From an uncultured Gammaproteobacteria bacterium (GTDB lineage: Bacteria; Patescibacteriota; Microgenomatia; UBA8517), in NCBI GenBank assembly GCA_964645605.1, contig CAZYCE010000001.1:63-64062 (forward strand): a DNA stretch of 64,000 bases. Direction: 5' to 3'. Numbering within the stretch: position 1 is the first letter of the stretch; every line of letters begins with the position of its first letter. Both the position numbers and the translations under genes were made by a program. Shown here piece by piece: positions 39,431 through 49,457 of the stretch. The notes beneath the pieces were generated by a model. The model searched no databases. It was not told where the DNA came from and worked only from the letters and a program-made list of their open reading frames with translations.

Positions 39431-40297
39431 ATGCATGATATCCGCCAGTCTGAATCTTATGCCAGGTATCTTCGAAGCCTTGGTTGGACCGTCGAAAGAA
39501 TCGCTGAAATCAATTATTTTATTAAAAAAATCCCGCTTTTTGGGTCGATTCTAAAAGTCCAAAGACCTGAAAAAATAAAATTTGACACCATAGACAAGCT
39601 ATGCCGAAAATATAGAGTATTTCAAATCATTGTTGAGCCCGGTCTAGCCACCCGTACTGGGCCCTTCGAAGATTGTCATAAGTTAATTATGGCACATGGA
39701 TACAAACTTGCAAAAAGCACATATCTTCCCTCAAAAACCCTGCAAATTGATCTGACCCAAAGCAAAGAAGAAATACTTAGTCATTTTAAAAAGGATGCCA
39801 GGTATGCTATTCGAAAGGGGGGAGTATTAAATTTTAAAGAATACTCAACCTCGGAAGAAATCAAAATTTTCTGGGAGGGGTGGAAAAATTCCGTTAAATT
39901 CGATAGATACGTGCCGTCGGCTGAACAACTTATTAAATTAAGAAAAAGTTTTCCACAATCGCAATCCTTTTTCCTTGCGTCGCACAATATTATTGGCAGT
40001 ATTATAGGGGGAGCGCTTTTCACGACTTCTTCACACGAAAAATCAAAATATATAACGTACTACTGGCAAGCATTCACAAACAAAGAAGGACGCGCTTCCC
40101 TATCACAGTATTCTCTCCTATGGAACGGGATACTATGGGCTAAAAAGAATGGTTATAAAGTGTTTGACTTCGAAGGAATTTATGATGAAAGATTTCCGGA
40201 TAAATCCTGGCTCGGCTTTACCCACTTCAAACGTTCATTCGGAGGCTACGAAGTTACTTATCCTGGATGTTTCGTTAAAAATCGTTTACCATTCTAG
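39431..40297 (+). CDS. Second, divergent FemABX-family protein
   Basis: DIRQS..YA, IDLT...EIL..FKKDARYAIRK, FDFEG, GFTHFKRSFGG. Confidence 0.85.
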   Translation: MHDIRQSESYARYLRSLGWTVERIAEINYFIKKIPLFGSILKVQRPEKIKFDTIDKLCRKYRVFQIIVEPGLATRTGPFEDCHKLIMAHGYKLAKSTYLPSKTLQIDLTQSKEEILSHFKKDARYAIRKGGVLNFKEYSTSEEIKIFWEGWKNSVKFDRYVPSAEQLIKLRKSFPQSQSFFLASHNIIGSIIGGALFTTSSHEKSKYITYYWQAFTNKEGRASLSQYSLLWNGILWAKKNGYKVFDFEGIYDERFPDKSWLGFTHFKRSFGGYEVTYPGCFVKNRLPF

Positions 40298-40299
40298 TT

Positions 40300-40566
40300 A
40301 TGATTACTTTAACCGGTCTTGAAGAACAAATTAAAATTATTAAGAAAAGGAATGCAAAAGTTGAAACAGACAAGGCTTGGGAAACCTCAAAAACCAGAAG
40401 AGTCCTATTAGCTGTATTCACCTATCTTGCCATAGCCCTCTACTTAAGTGCCATCAAAATTACAAGACCGTGGTTGAACGCAATTGTACCCGCAATTGGT
40501 TTTATGCTGTCAACTCTCACCCTTCCCTTCTTTAAAAAGATTTGGATTAAATATATAAAAAAATGA
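40300..40566 (+). CDS. Small two-TM membrane protein
   Basis: RN.KVE.DKAWETS.TRR followed by two hydrophobic helices. Confidence 0.75.
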   Translation: MITLTGLEEQIKIIKKRNAKVETDKAWETSKTRRVLLAVFTYLAIALYLSAIKITRPWLNAIVPAIGFMLSTLTLPFFKKIWIKYIKK

Positions 40567-40598
40567 AAATTGGGGGAAGTGTGTTTTAATAATAGCCC

Positions 40599-41063
40599 TC
40601 AAAAACAAGACTTAATCTTTTCTAAATTTTCTTCTATCAATTTTTTTTGTTCCGGCCAGAAAAAATTTGGCAATTTATCTATATTAAACCATTCAAACTC
40701 AAGATTCTCACCTTCCTGTAAATTTTGCGTTCCTTTTTCCTGATTCGCAGTAAATAAATAATAGTGGGTAATGGCCCACTTATTTTTTTCATATGTCAAT
40801 CTTTCTTCCACACCCAATTTACATATATATTTAAGGTCGCTAAGACCGGTTTCTTCTGATATTTCCCTTTTAGCCGTCTTGATTAAATCCTCACCATCTT
40901 CCATCCCGCCTTTGGGCAAACCATAGTCCTCAAAATCCCGGTCGCGAATTAGAGCAATCAATATCTCACTTCCGGATTTTCTGACAACTACCCCACCCGC
41001 GTTTAGTTTTGTTGGGAATTTTTTACCCTTTGGTTTTATATACCAGCTTTTATCAATCTTCAT
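40599..41063 (-). CDS. NUDIX hydrolase
   Basis: Nudix box LPKGG.E.GE....A.REI.EETGL; start probably ATG 41063. Confidence 0.92.
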   Translation of the reverse strand: MKIDKSWYIKPKGKKFPTKLNAGGVVVRKSGSEILIALIRDRDFEDYGLPKGGMEDGEDLIKTAKREISEETGLSDLKYICKLGVEERLTYEKNKWAITHYYLFTANQEKGTQNLQEGENLEFEWFNIDKLPNFFWPEQKKLIEENLEKIKSCF

Positions 41064-43974
41064 TTTGGTCAGATTTGCAAAAAATTGAGAATTCACAACC
41101 CGTCTGGCAAAATATATGTCCGCTACATTTAAAATCGTTTTTCTCTATTTCATCTCTAATTTTATAAATTTCCTTCTCTGCTTCCTCCAGCTGTTTTGCC
41201 GTTCTAGTCGTTGTAATCTTCTCTTGAGAATCAAGATAATACAAGGAGAGCTTAATTTTTTCAGGCGACTTACCGAAAGGCTCCATCGGAATTTTAGTTG
41301 CAGCCAATCCATAAAAGCTAAGCTGCAGATTTTTATCTACATCTTTTTGGGTCGGAATAGTTGCGCCCGTCTTGTAATCAACCACTTCTATTACTCCGCC
41401 GCCCAAATCATCAACCCTATCTATTCTTCCTCCAATTTTAAGGTCCTTTCCGAGAGGAACCGTAAAGGGCTGTTCCAAGGAAATGGGTAGGTTTTTAGGA
41501 TTAAATCCGTATTTTAAAAATCCCAACAAATAATCTTTTCCCTTTTGCAAGAATTCGGCTTCTTGTTTTTTGCTTTTATAGCCTTCCTTAACCCAATTGT
41601 TTTCCAAAAGATCAAACAAAAGTTTTTCATTGGGTTTTGAACCGGCGGCTACTAATTCATAAAAATTTTTAAGGGTTGCATGCATTGCTGTCCCAAAACT
41701 TGCAGACGCAGATATAGGAGTCGGAACTTTAAAAATATATTTTAATTTATAATGCAACGGACATGTTTTAAAAGTTTCAATTTGGCTATAACTTAGATAA
41801 TCAATATGAAAATCCTTTTTTGGAAGTATTTCTTTCGCGTTTTTCTTTATTTTGTAATCAAGGAAAGACAATTGATCGGCTTTCACAAGCGTATTTTCTG
41901 CACTGACGGATTTATCCCCCAAAGCCTCAAAAATAAAAGGTGAAAGTTTTTTCTCCCGCTTTCCTTCCCCGTAATAATCGGCAGCCGTAAAATATAATCT
42001 TTCTTTGGCTCTGGTCATACCTACATAAAATAGACGGCGCTCCTCTTCTTGGTGAAAATCCCCTACCGGTAAAACTTCTTTTATAAGTGCATCAGGAATG
42101 GGAATTTGCTCACGTCTCTCGATAGTCGGAAATCTTTGAGAAACAAGATTAACAAGGAAAACAACAGGAAACTCCAAGCCTTTTGCCGAATGTACGGTCA
42201 ATATATTTACTGCATCTATTTCCGTCCAGTCCTCGTTTACAGCAAGCGGGCTTTCTCCAAGTTCGATAGACAAGTCCAACCAATCAACAACCGCAGGTAC
42301 CGTCGCATCATCATGGTCAACTTCGTAAGTTTTTAATTTATCGAAGAATTTGGAAATATTTTTTGCTCTTATTTCGGTATCAATTGAGGTGGGAGATAAA
42401 AGTTTTTGTATCAACCCGGTATCTTCCAAATAGTAATAGAGTATTTGCCCCGCCGTTTCTCTACGAATGAGGCCTAAATGTTTTTTGATAGTTCCGATGA
42501 GTTTTTGAACTTTTTCTTTTGTCTCGTTACTAACAAAAACGTCTTGAACTTTTTCGGAAGCCTCAAACAAACTTAAATTGTACTTTTTAGCATAATTGCC
42601 CAAAGCCGCAATGTCCCGCGGACTAATGTTGAAGAACTCATTTGAAAGCACTCTGTAAAAAGCCACTGAATCCTCAAAGTTATTTAAAACTTTCAGATAG
42701 GAAATCAAATCAACTACTTCGGGTTCTTTAAAAAGCCGCCCGGGACCCAAGAATTGATATGGCACGCCATTTCTGGAAAGTGCACGTACAATCGGCTCAG
42801 AGTGATTGTTGGCCCGAACCAATATTGCAAAATCTCCCCACTTATATTTTTCATCCTCACAAAGTTTTTTGATTTCTTTGGCTATCAAATCTGCTTCGTT
42901 TTCCACCCGATCCGCATGGATAAACCCAATTTCGGCTCCGTCTTTGGCCACTTGTGACTTTAATCTCTTATCTATTTTCTCAACCACTTCAAGGCGGTCA
43001 GGGTCGTTAAATTTTACCAGGTCATGACTTCGGTCCAATATCTCTTGCGTGCTTCTGTAATTCTTTGTTAAAACTATTACCTTAGATTTGGGATAAGTTT
43101 TTCTAAATTGGATAATGTTACTTACAGCCGCGCCCCTAAATCTATAAATACTCTGGTCGTCATCTCCAACAACGGTAATATTACCCATTTTTCCGGTCAA
43201 TAATTTTACCAATTCATTTTGAGCGAAATTCGTATCTTGGAATTCATCAACCAAAATATATTTAAACTGTTTTTGGTACTCGGCCAAAATATTTGGTCTG
43301 TCTCTAAAAAGCTTCAAGGTTTTGACAATCAAATCTCCAAAATCCATTAGCCCCTCTTTTACTTTTATCTCGTCATAAGCTTTATAGGCTCTTGCCAGCT
43401 CTCTGTATTTTTCATAATCCATTTTTTCTTCGTCGCTTATTTCTAAATTTTTAATTTTAAATTTTAAATTGACCCAATCAATATATTGATTTGGCGTTAC
43501 ATCTTCATCCTGAAGTCTGCTAAAATGCTGGAGCATTCCGCTAATAAACTTTGTGGGATTACCCAAAGGCCTAAAATAATTTAAATCCAAACCGAATAAA
43601 TTCTTCCTTAAAAGTTGGATGCCTTCCGCTTCCGTCATTAATTTATAGCGCGGGTCAAGCCCTATATTGAGTGCCTCTTGCCTCAAAACCCTGTCGCAAA
43701 AGGAATGAAAGGTCATTATCCACATCTGGGTATAGCCGTAAGGAAGTCCTATATCTACTCTCTCCTCCATCTCACGAGCAGCTTTTTCCGTAAAAGTTAA
43801 AGCCAGAATTTCCGAAGGTTTGGCGTGTTTTCCCAGAATTAAATATTTAATTCTTTCCGTAACGACCATGGTTTTTCCTGTTCCTGCTCCTGCAATTATA
43901 AGAAGAGGGCCTTTGCCGAATTTAATGGCGTCAATTTGTTCTTTATTCGGTTTTAAGTTTGAACTATTACCCAC
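41053..43974 (-). CDS. UvrD-family helicase fused to a C-terminal PD-(D/E)XK nuclease (AdnAB/AddA-like)
   Basis: All SF1 motifs plus SYSQI..F..CPL, GRIDRVD, VVDYKTG, QLSFY and a C-terminal Cys cluster. Confidence 0.92.
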   Translation of the reverse strand: MGNSSNLKPNKEQIDAIKFGKGPLLIIAGAGTGKTMVVTERIKYLILGKHAKPSEILALTFTEKAAREMEERVDIGLPYGYTQMWIMTFHSFCDRVLRQEALNIGLDPRYKLMTEAEGIQLLRKNLFGLDLNYFRPLGNPTKFISGMLQHFSRLQDEDVTPNQYIDWVNLKFKIKNLEISDEEKMDYEKYRELARAYKAYDEIKVKEGLMDFGDLIVKTLKLFRDRPNILAEYQKQFKYILVDEFQDTNFAQNELVKLLTGKMGNITVVGDDDQSIYRFRGAAVSNIIQFRKTYPKSKVIVLTKNYRSTQEILDRSHDLVKFNDPDRLEVVEKIDKRLKSQVAKDGAEIGFIHADRVENEADLIAKEIKKLCEDEKYKWGDFAILVRANNHSEPIVRALSRNGVPYQFLGPGRLFKEPEVVDLISYLKVLNNFEDSVAFYRVLSNEFFNISPRDIAALGNYAKKYNLSLFEASEKVQDVFVSNETKEKVQKLIGTIKKHLGLIRRETAGQILYYYLEDTGLIQKLLSPTSIDTEIRAKNISKFFDKLKTYEVDHDDATVPAVVDWLDLSIELGESPLAVNEDWTEIDAVNILTVHSAKGLEFPVVFLVNLVSQRFPTIERREQIPIPDALIKEVLPVGDFHQEEERRLFYVGMTRAKERLYFTAADYYGEGKREKKLSPFIFEALGDKSVSAENTLVKADQLSFLDYKIKKNAKEILPKKDFHIDYLSYSQIETFKTCPLHYKLKYIFKVPTPISASASFGTAMHATLKNFYELVAAGSKPNEKLLFDLLENNWVKEGYKSKKQEAEFLQKGKDYLLGFLKYGFNPKNLPISLEQPFTVPLGKDLKIGGRIDRVDDLGGGVIEVVDYKTGATIPTQKDVDKNLQLSFYGLAATKIPMEPFGKSPEKIKLSLYYLDSQEKITTTRTAKQLEEAEKEIYKIRDEIEKNDFKCSGHIFCQTGCEFSIFCKSDQNED

Positions 43975-44117
43975 AGGTGGATTGTATCACGATTTATTGT
44001 TTACTTAATTCAAGATTATCTACAAATGAGTTGACAGACGACCAGAATATTGTGTCTTTAGCATGTTGATCCAAAACTTCATTAGCCGCCTTTACATTTA
44101 TATATATCCGGATTCTG

Positions 44118-44705
44118 TCAAAAATAGTTTTCATTAGAAATCATAGAATTTTCTTGAGCTTTATAATTAGTTTCCACAAAAACTCTCACAGAACTTAATT
44201 TATTTGTTTTACCTTTGACAAAATCATTCAGTTCACGAAAAGCGGCTTTTGATCTTTTTAGACCCTCTCTTGCCGGGTCAAGTTGACCATCATTTTCATT
44301 ATTCCAAAATTGATTATCGATATCTCTTGCCCACCTAAGCCCTTCTTCAAAAAACAATGTATCTGTTTGGAATTTACTTCTCAGAAAATCTAACAAAATA
44401 TCCTGGTTTATGTTTTGTTTCAATTTGTCCTCAAAGGCATTTGTCAAACGAGCTGATGAACCTCTCAAAAGCTGTAGACCTTTTTTACCAACAAGGCCTG
44501 TATATTTTCCAAAACTTTCCAAAACCTGATTATTATTCCCTGTCGATAAAAAGGATTCGGCCCATTTTCTCTCCTCTTCGGAAACTTCCCAATCTGGAAA
44601 AGACGGCTCATTTGTCGACGGCATTTTATCGACAGGATACTTTTCGGTAAAACTTATATAAATATTTTCAATACTGCCCTGTTCTGTAAAACCTGGTTCT
44701 GCCAT
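44118..44705 (-). CDS. Hypothetical protein
   Basis: 195-aa ORF starting 5 nt after the rmuC stop; no recognised motif. Confidence 0.65.
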   Translation of the reverse strand: MAEPGFTEQGSIENIYISFTEKYPVDKMPSTNEPSFPDWEVSEEERKWAESFLSTGNNNQVLESFGKYTGLVGKKGLQLLRGSSARLTNAFEDKLKQNINQDILLDFLRSKFQTDTLFFEEGLRWARDIDNQFWNNENDGQLDPAREGLKRSKAAFRELNDFVKGKTNKLSSVRVFVETNYKAQENSMISNENYF

Positions 44706-44710
44706 ATTTA

Positions 44711-45649
44711 TTATTCTAACTCTTCAATTTTCTTTTTTGTCCCCAACCTTCCCGTTGAAGTGATTTTTTGTCCCAATGCGCCAAAACTCGCAAACACATC
44801 TCCCATCATGTTGTAGGCGTTCGTTAAATGTTTTTGTAAAATATTTAAATTCTCTTCCGTTTTTTTATAATCCTTTCCAATAGCCCTCAAGGAAGATAAA
44901 ATTTCTTTCGCCTGTGCTTCAATCTTTTGTCCCTCAAAACTCATAAGTATTGCCTTTAGGTATGCGTAAAAAGTTGTCGGGGAAACAGGAAGGACCCTTC
45001 TTCCTGATGCGTAATCAAACAGGTCTTCATTGTTTGCAATTTCATAATAAATTGCCTCGCTCGGTACATACATCAGTGCATAATCGACCGTCCCCTCCTC
45101 GGTTAGAATATATTTTTTAGAAATGGCGTCTATGTGTTTTTTAACGTCTCTTTCAAACTCCGACTTTACCGACGGATCATTAATTAATTTTCTAAAGTTT
45201 TCCATTGGGAACTTTGAGTCGATTGGAATAATTCCAGCGGATGTAAAAACGGCGGCATCCACTTTGTCTCCTGACTTGAATTGATATTGGAGCTTAAATG
45301 ACTGTTTGGGCAAAAACTGTGAAAGCATATCTTTTAACACCTGCTCACCTATATTTCCACGAAGCTTAGGACTACGTAAAAAGTCTTGCAATTCCTTCAT
45401 ACCGCGTCCAATCTCAGAAAACTCTCCTATATTTTTTTGAACCTCCCCGATCACACGTGCCGCGTTATCGAGCCTGTCGTTAAAAGATTTTCCCTGTTCA
45501 TTTAGACGGACATTTGTCGTCTTGAGATATTCCAAAATTTCATCGGATGGTTTCTGGCTTTTTATCAAGCTACCCAGTCTCCAATTAATAAAAATGAATA
45601 AGGCCACAAATCCAATTAATACTATAATAGAAACTAGAGTTACGCTCAT
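44711..45649 (-). CDS. rmuC: DNA recombination protein RmuC
   Basis: PKLRGNIGE, IPIDSKFP, ISKKYI...T.DYALMYVPSE, VSPTT. Confidence 0.93.
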   Translation of the reverse strand: MSVTLVSIIVLIGFVALFIFINWRLGSLIKSQKPSDEILEYLKTTNVRLNEQGKSFNDRLDNAARVIGEVQKNIGEFSEIGRGMKELQDFLRSPKLRGNIGEQVLKDMLSQFLPKQSFKLQYQFKSGDKVDAAVFTSAGIIPIDSKFPMENFRKLINDPSVKSEFERDVKKHIDAISKKYILTEEGTVDYALMYVPSEAIYYEIANNEDLFDYASGRRVLPVSPTTFYAYLKAILMSFEGQKIEAQAKEILSSLRAIGKDYKKTEENLNILQKHLTNAYNMMGDVFASFGALGQKITSTGRLGTKKKIEELE

Positions 45650-45678
45650 ACTTTATTATATTCCATATTCGGCCAACC

Positions 45679-46014
45679 ATGAAAAGAAAAATTAGAAGAG
45701 AACAGGTTTTAAAAAGGAAAAATTTTTTCCCCACACTTCTTCTAACAATACTTTTTTGGATACTTCTCGTGGCGTTGGTCTATTTTGTTAATCCACAAAC
45801 ATTTGGTATGGTTCCCCTATTTTTTGCCACCTTTTTTACCACGCTTCTTTTTACATTCTCTCTCATTTTCTCCAATTCACGCCGGGGATTTATTACCTCA
45901 GTTGCCCTATCCTTATTCTTAATTCTAATGTACCTCGAGATTGGTAATGTTCTTAACCTGATTCTAATAGTTGCAATATCACTATGTATCGAGTTATATT
46001 TCACCTTGAAATGA
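45679..46014 (+). CDS. Small four-TM membrane protein
   Basis: Basic N-terminus and four hydrophobic segments. Confidence 0.7.
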   Translation: MKRKIRREQVLKRKNFFPTLLLTILFWILLVALVYFVNPQTFGMVPLFFATFFTTLLFTFSLIFSNSRRGFITSVALSLFLILMYLEIGNVLNLILIVAISLCIELYFTLK

Positions 46015-46090
46015 ATCATGCTACAAAACTCGCCTCAATAATCAATGCAATCATCCGATTCGGGTATCTCTTTTGTGAAAATTTTGTAAC

Positions 46091-46429
46091 GTGATAAACC
46101 CATCGCTTAAAAAACAACTTCTCAAAACTTTTGCGCAGATGCTCAATGATCTCGACAACTTAAAGGAAATGGAGTCCTTTCTGACAGATTTTTTTGACGA
46201 AAAAGAGCTCGAAACTTATATTAAAAGAATTTCAATTTCTTATTGGCTTAAAAAGGGCAGGGGTGAAGAGAATATCAAAAGAAATTTGCTGGCTACCCCG
46301 AAAGAAATTGCTTTAGCCAAAAGGTCCCTCAAGAAAAATGGAGTTAAGCTGGCTCTCAAAAAAATTGAGGCTGAGGAATGGGCTAATGTCTGGTCTGAAA
46401 GAATTAAGTCGTTTACCAAAAAAAAGTAG
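46091..46429 (+). CDS. TrpR/YerC-like helical protein
   Basis: EM.SFL.DFF...E......KR..I...L..G.....I...L pattern of the Trp-repressor family; HTH appears degenerate. Confidence 0.65.
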   Translation: MINPSLKKQLLKTFAQMLNDLDNLKEMESFLTDFFDEKELETYIKRISISYWLKKGRGEENIKRNLLATPKEIALAKRSLKKNGVKLALKKIEAEEWANVWSERIKSFTKKK

Positions 46430-46462
46430 CTTCAAACCACTTCTTCGCTGTACAATACGGTT

Positions 46463-47887
46463 ATGGACAAGAAATATTACATTACAACAACATTACCCTA
46501 TGTGAATTCTGACCCCCACGTGGGTTTTGCGTTGGAAATTGTGCAAGCTGACTCATTGGCGCGTTTTCATAAACTTTTGGGGGAAGATGTCATATTCAAT
46601 TTCGGCACGGATGAACATGGACAAAAAATCTACCAAAAAGCCTTGGAAGCAGGAGTCAGTCCTCAAAAATATTGTGACGAGTATGCTGCAAGGTTTGATG
46701 CCCTAAAGAAAGCGCTAAACTTAAGCTACAACCATTTTATACGGACTACCGATCTCCATCACATTAAAGCCGCCCAAGAGTTCTGGAAACTTTGCGACAG
46801 GGCCGGTGACATTTACAAAAAAGCCTATAAAATAAAATATTGTGTGGGGTGTGAGCTTGAAAAAACGGATTCGGAACTTGCTAACGGCAAGTGCCCGCTT
46901 CACCCCAATCTTGATATTGAAACCATTAACGAGGAAAATTATTTTTTCAGATTTTCAAAATATCAAAAGTCTCTTTTGAATTTTTATGAAAAAAATCCCG
47001 ATTTCGTAATTCCAAAGGGAAAATTTAATGAGATAAAAACATTCGTTAAAAACGGTTTATCTGATTTCTCCATCTCACGTCTCAAATCTAAGATGCCCTG
47101 GGGAATTCCGGTGCCGGAAGACCCAACACACGTAATGTATGTTTGGTTTGACGCTTTAATAAACTATATTTCAACTCTTGGTTGGCCGGATAATGACAAA
47201 GAATACGAAGATTTTTGGCCGGGATACCAGGTTGCCGGAAAAGACAATCTAAGACAACAAACAGCAACATGGCAAGCAATGCTTCTTTCGGCCGGTATTG
47301 CAAACTCAAAACAGGTATTTATCCACGGATTTATAACAGTTAACGGACAAAAGATCAGTAAAAGTCTTGGTAATACTATTAATCCGATTGATATCGCCAA
47401 TAAATATGGAACGGATGCTCTTAGGTATTATCTCCTGGCAAAGATCAATCCATATGAAGATTCCGATTTTACTTTTGAAAAGTTTGAAGAAGTTTATAAC
47501 AGCGAACTGGCAAACGGTCTTGGAAATTTAATCTCTAGAGTCGCTAAACTTTGTGAAAAATCTGAAATTGACTTCTTTAACGATGCATTAACACATAACA
47601 AAAGTATTGTTGAAATAGATAAACTACTGGAAAACTATAAATTTGATGAGGCACTCAGGATTATTTGGGACAAAATAACTGAAATAGATAAGTTTATTAA
47701 TGAAAACGAGCCATGGAAGCTTTCGGGGACAAAATTAAAAGAGGTTCTTGAAAAAGTTGTCGCTAATATTAAATCTCTTGCCTTTAACCTTTCCCCTTTT
47801 CTTCCTGAAACCGCGGAAAAAATTGAAAAACAATTTACCGGACCAAAAATTAAATCCGATATTCCTCTGTTTCCCCGATTGGTCTAA
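46463..47887 (+). CDS. metG: Methionine--tRNA ligase (no C-terminal tRNA-binding appendix)
   Basis: YVNSDPHVG (HIGH-like), GTDEHGQK, YVWFDAL, KISKS. Confidence 0.97.
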   Translation: MDKKYYITTTLPYVNSDPHVGFALEIVQADSLARFHKLLGEDVIFNFGTDEHGQKIYQKALEAGVSPQKYCDEYAARFDALKKALNLSYNHFIRTTDLHHIKAAQEFWKLCDRAGDIYKKAYKIKYCVGCELEKTDSELANGKCPLHPNLDIETINEENYFFRFSKYQKSLLNFYEKNPDFVIPKGKFNEIKTFVKNGLSDFSISRLKSKMPWGIPVPEDPTHVMYVWFDALINYISTLGWPDNDKEYEDFWPGYQVAGKDNLRQQTATWQAMLLSAGIANSKQVFIHGFITVNGQKISKSLGNTINPIDIANKYGTDALRYYLLAKINPYEDSDFTFEKFEEVYNSELANGLGNLISRVAKLCEKSEIDFFNDALTHNKSIVEIDKLLENYKFDEALRIIWDKITEIDKFINENEPWKLSGTKLKEVLEKVVANIKSLAFNLSPFLPETAEKIEKQFTGPKIKSDIPLFPRLV

Positions 47888-47895
47888 TAATAATC

Positions 47896-49386
47896 ATGCG
47901 TAATTTTATCGAAAAACACGATAGGCAAATTCAAAGGGGATTGGAAATTCTACCCGGCTTCGTCTCCTGGAATTTAATTCTTTTCCCGTATTGGGGAATT
48001 TTTGTAATTCCGAACATAGTTGCTTATTTTGTCCTCACATTTAATATTTATTGGTTCTTCCAATCATTCCAAATCGCAACTTTTGCCGTCATTTCTAATA
48101 CAAGGATACAAGCTGCAAAGATTTACGACTGGATGGGCGACGTCAAAGGATTCCCTGATTGGAAAAAAATAAGACACGTTGTCATAATTCCCACCTACAA
48201 GGAACCATTGCACATCCTTGAAAGAACTCTTGATTCCCTCGCAGCACAAGAGTTTCCGACAAACCAAATAATTCCAGTTTTAGCAATGGAAGAGAAGGAA
48301 CCTGCCGAGGATCGTGACGAAAAATGGAAAGTCCTCGAGAAAAAATATAAAGGTATGTTCGGACATTTTTTCAGGACAATTCATAAACTTGAGGCTGGAG
48401 AGGTCGTCGGCAAGGCTTCGAATGAGAAATATGCTGCGGTCTGGATAAAGAAAAATTATATTGATGCTGAGAAGCTTAATATGGACTACTTTACTGTAAC
48501 TTCCTGTGATGCAGACCACAAATTTCATCCCAAACATTATGCCTGTCTGACATATAAATTCCTTGATGATCCAAAACGCTACGAAATGTTCTGGCAACCG
48601 TCAGTTATGTTTTACAACAATATCTGGGAAATTCCGGCAATTTCACGCGTATCAAACACCTTAATGTCCATCAATAATCTTTCTCAGCTTGTCCGGAAAG
48701 ACAAACTAATAAATACTCAAAATTATTCCCTCTCCTATAATCTTTTGGATAAGGTTGGATATTGGGACGCGGATAAAATCCCCGAGGACTGGGGAATATT
48801 TTTCAAGGCTTTTTATAAAAACGGTGGTGGGGTTGAAGTTGAACCCATTTATCTTCCCCTATTCGCGGACGCGGCCCAGTCGGACGGTTTTTGGAAAACC
48901 ATCAAAAACCAATATCAACAACTACAGAGGTGGGCCTGGGGTGTAAGCGACGACCCCTGGATCATTAAAAGTTACCTTCTAACAAGAAATGTTCCTTTCT
49001 GGGATAAGACGATCAGACTTATTCAAGTTATGTGGTCACATTTTCTTTGGCCGGTTAATTGGTTCATCATTTCGGTAGGACTTACGCTTCCAACCCTTCT
49101 TAACCCGGCATTTGGTAGAACTGCTTTAGGTTATACCGTTCCTAAACTTTCATCTTTGATTCTAACTCTTGCTTTGGTATTCCTATTGATTATGATAATT
49201 ATTGATAATATTCAAAAGCCAAAAAGATCGAAGGATGTGTCATTCTTTAGAAAGCTTTTGACTCCTTTTGAATTCATACTTATGCCTATTGCCGGATTTA
49301 TATTCACGGCGCTTCCCGGAATCGACGCCCACACCAGACTAATGCTTGGAAAATATATAGAGTATAAAGTCACAGAGAAAGTGTAA
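47896..49386 (+). CDS. Membrane GT2 glycosyltransferase with a QxxRW motif
   Basis: IPTYKEP, GKASN, CDAD, PED, QLQRWAWG, flanking TMs. Confidence 0.88.
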   Translation: MRNFIEKHDRQIQRGLEILPGFVSWNLILFPYWGIFVIPNIVAYFVLTFNIYWFFQSFQIATFAVISNTRIQAAKIYDWMGDVKGFPDWKKIRHVVIIPTYKEPLHILERTLDSLAAQEFPTNQIIPVLAMEEKEPAEDRDEKWKVLEKKYKGMFGHFFRTIHKLEAGEVVGKASNEKYAAVWIKKNYIDAEKLNMDYFTVTSCDADHKFHPKHYACLTYKFLDDPKRYEMFWQPSVMFYNNIWEIPAISRVSNTLMSINNLSQLVRKDKLINTQNYSLSYNLLDKVGYWDADKIPEDWGIFFKAFYKNGGGVEVEPIYLPLFADAAQSDGFWKTIKNQYQQLQRWAWGVSDDPWIIKSYLLTRNVPFWDKTIRLIQVMWSHFLWPVNWFIISVGLTLPTLLNPAFGRTALGYTVPKLSSLILTLALVFLLIMIIIDNIQKPKRSKDVSFFRKLLTPFEFILMPIAGFIFTALPGIDAHTRLMLGKYIEYKVTEKV

Positions 49387-49457
49387 CTACAATTTACAAC
49401 TAATTAACAATTGGTCAATTGAACAAATGAAAATTTATTGAAAATTGGCTTTGAAAA
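49387..49457. repeat. 7-nt-family repeats in both orientations between convergent genes
   Basis: AATTTAC/AATTAAC units followed by TTGAAAATT units (the reverse-complement form). Confidence 0.6.
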
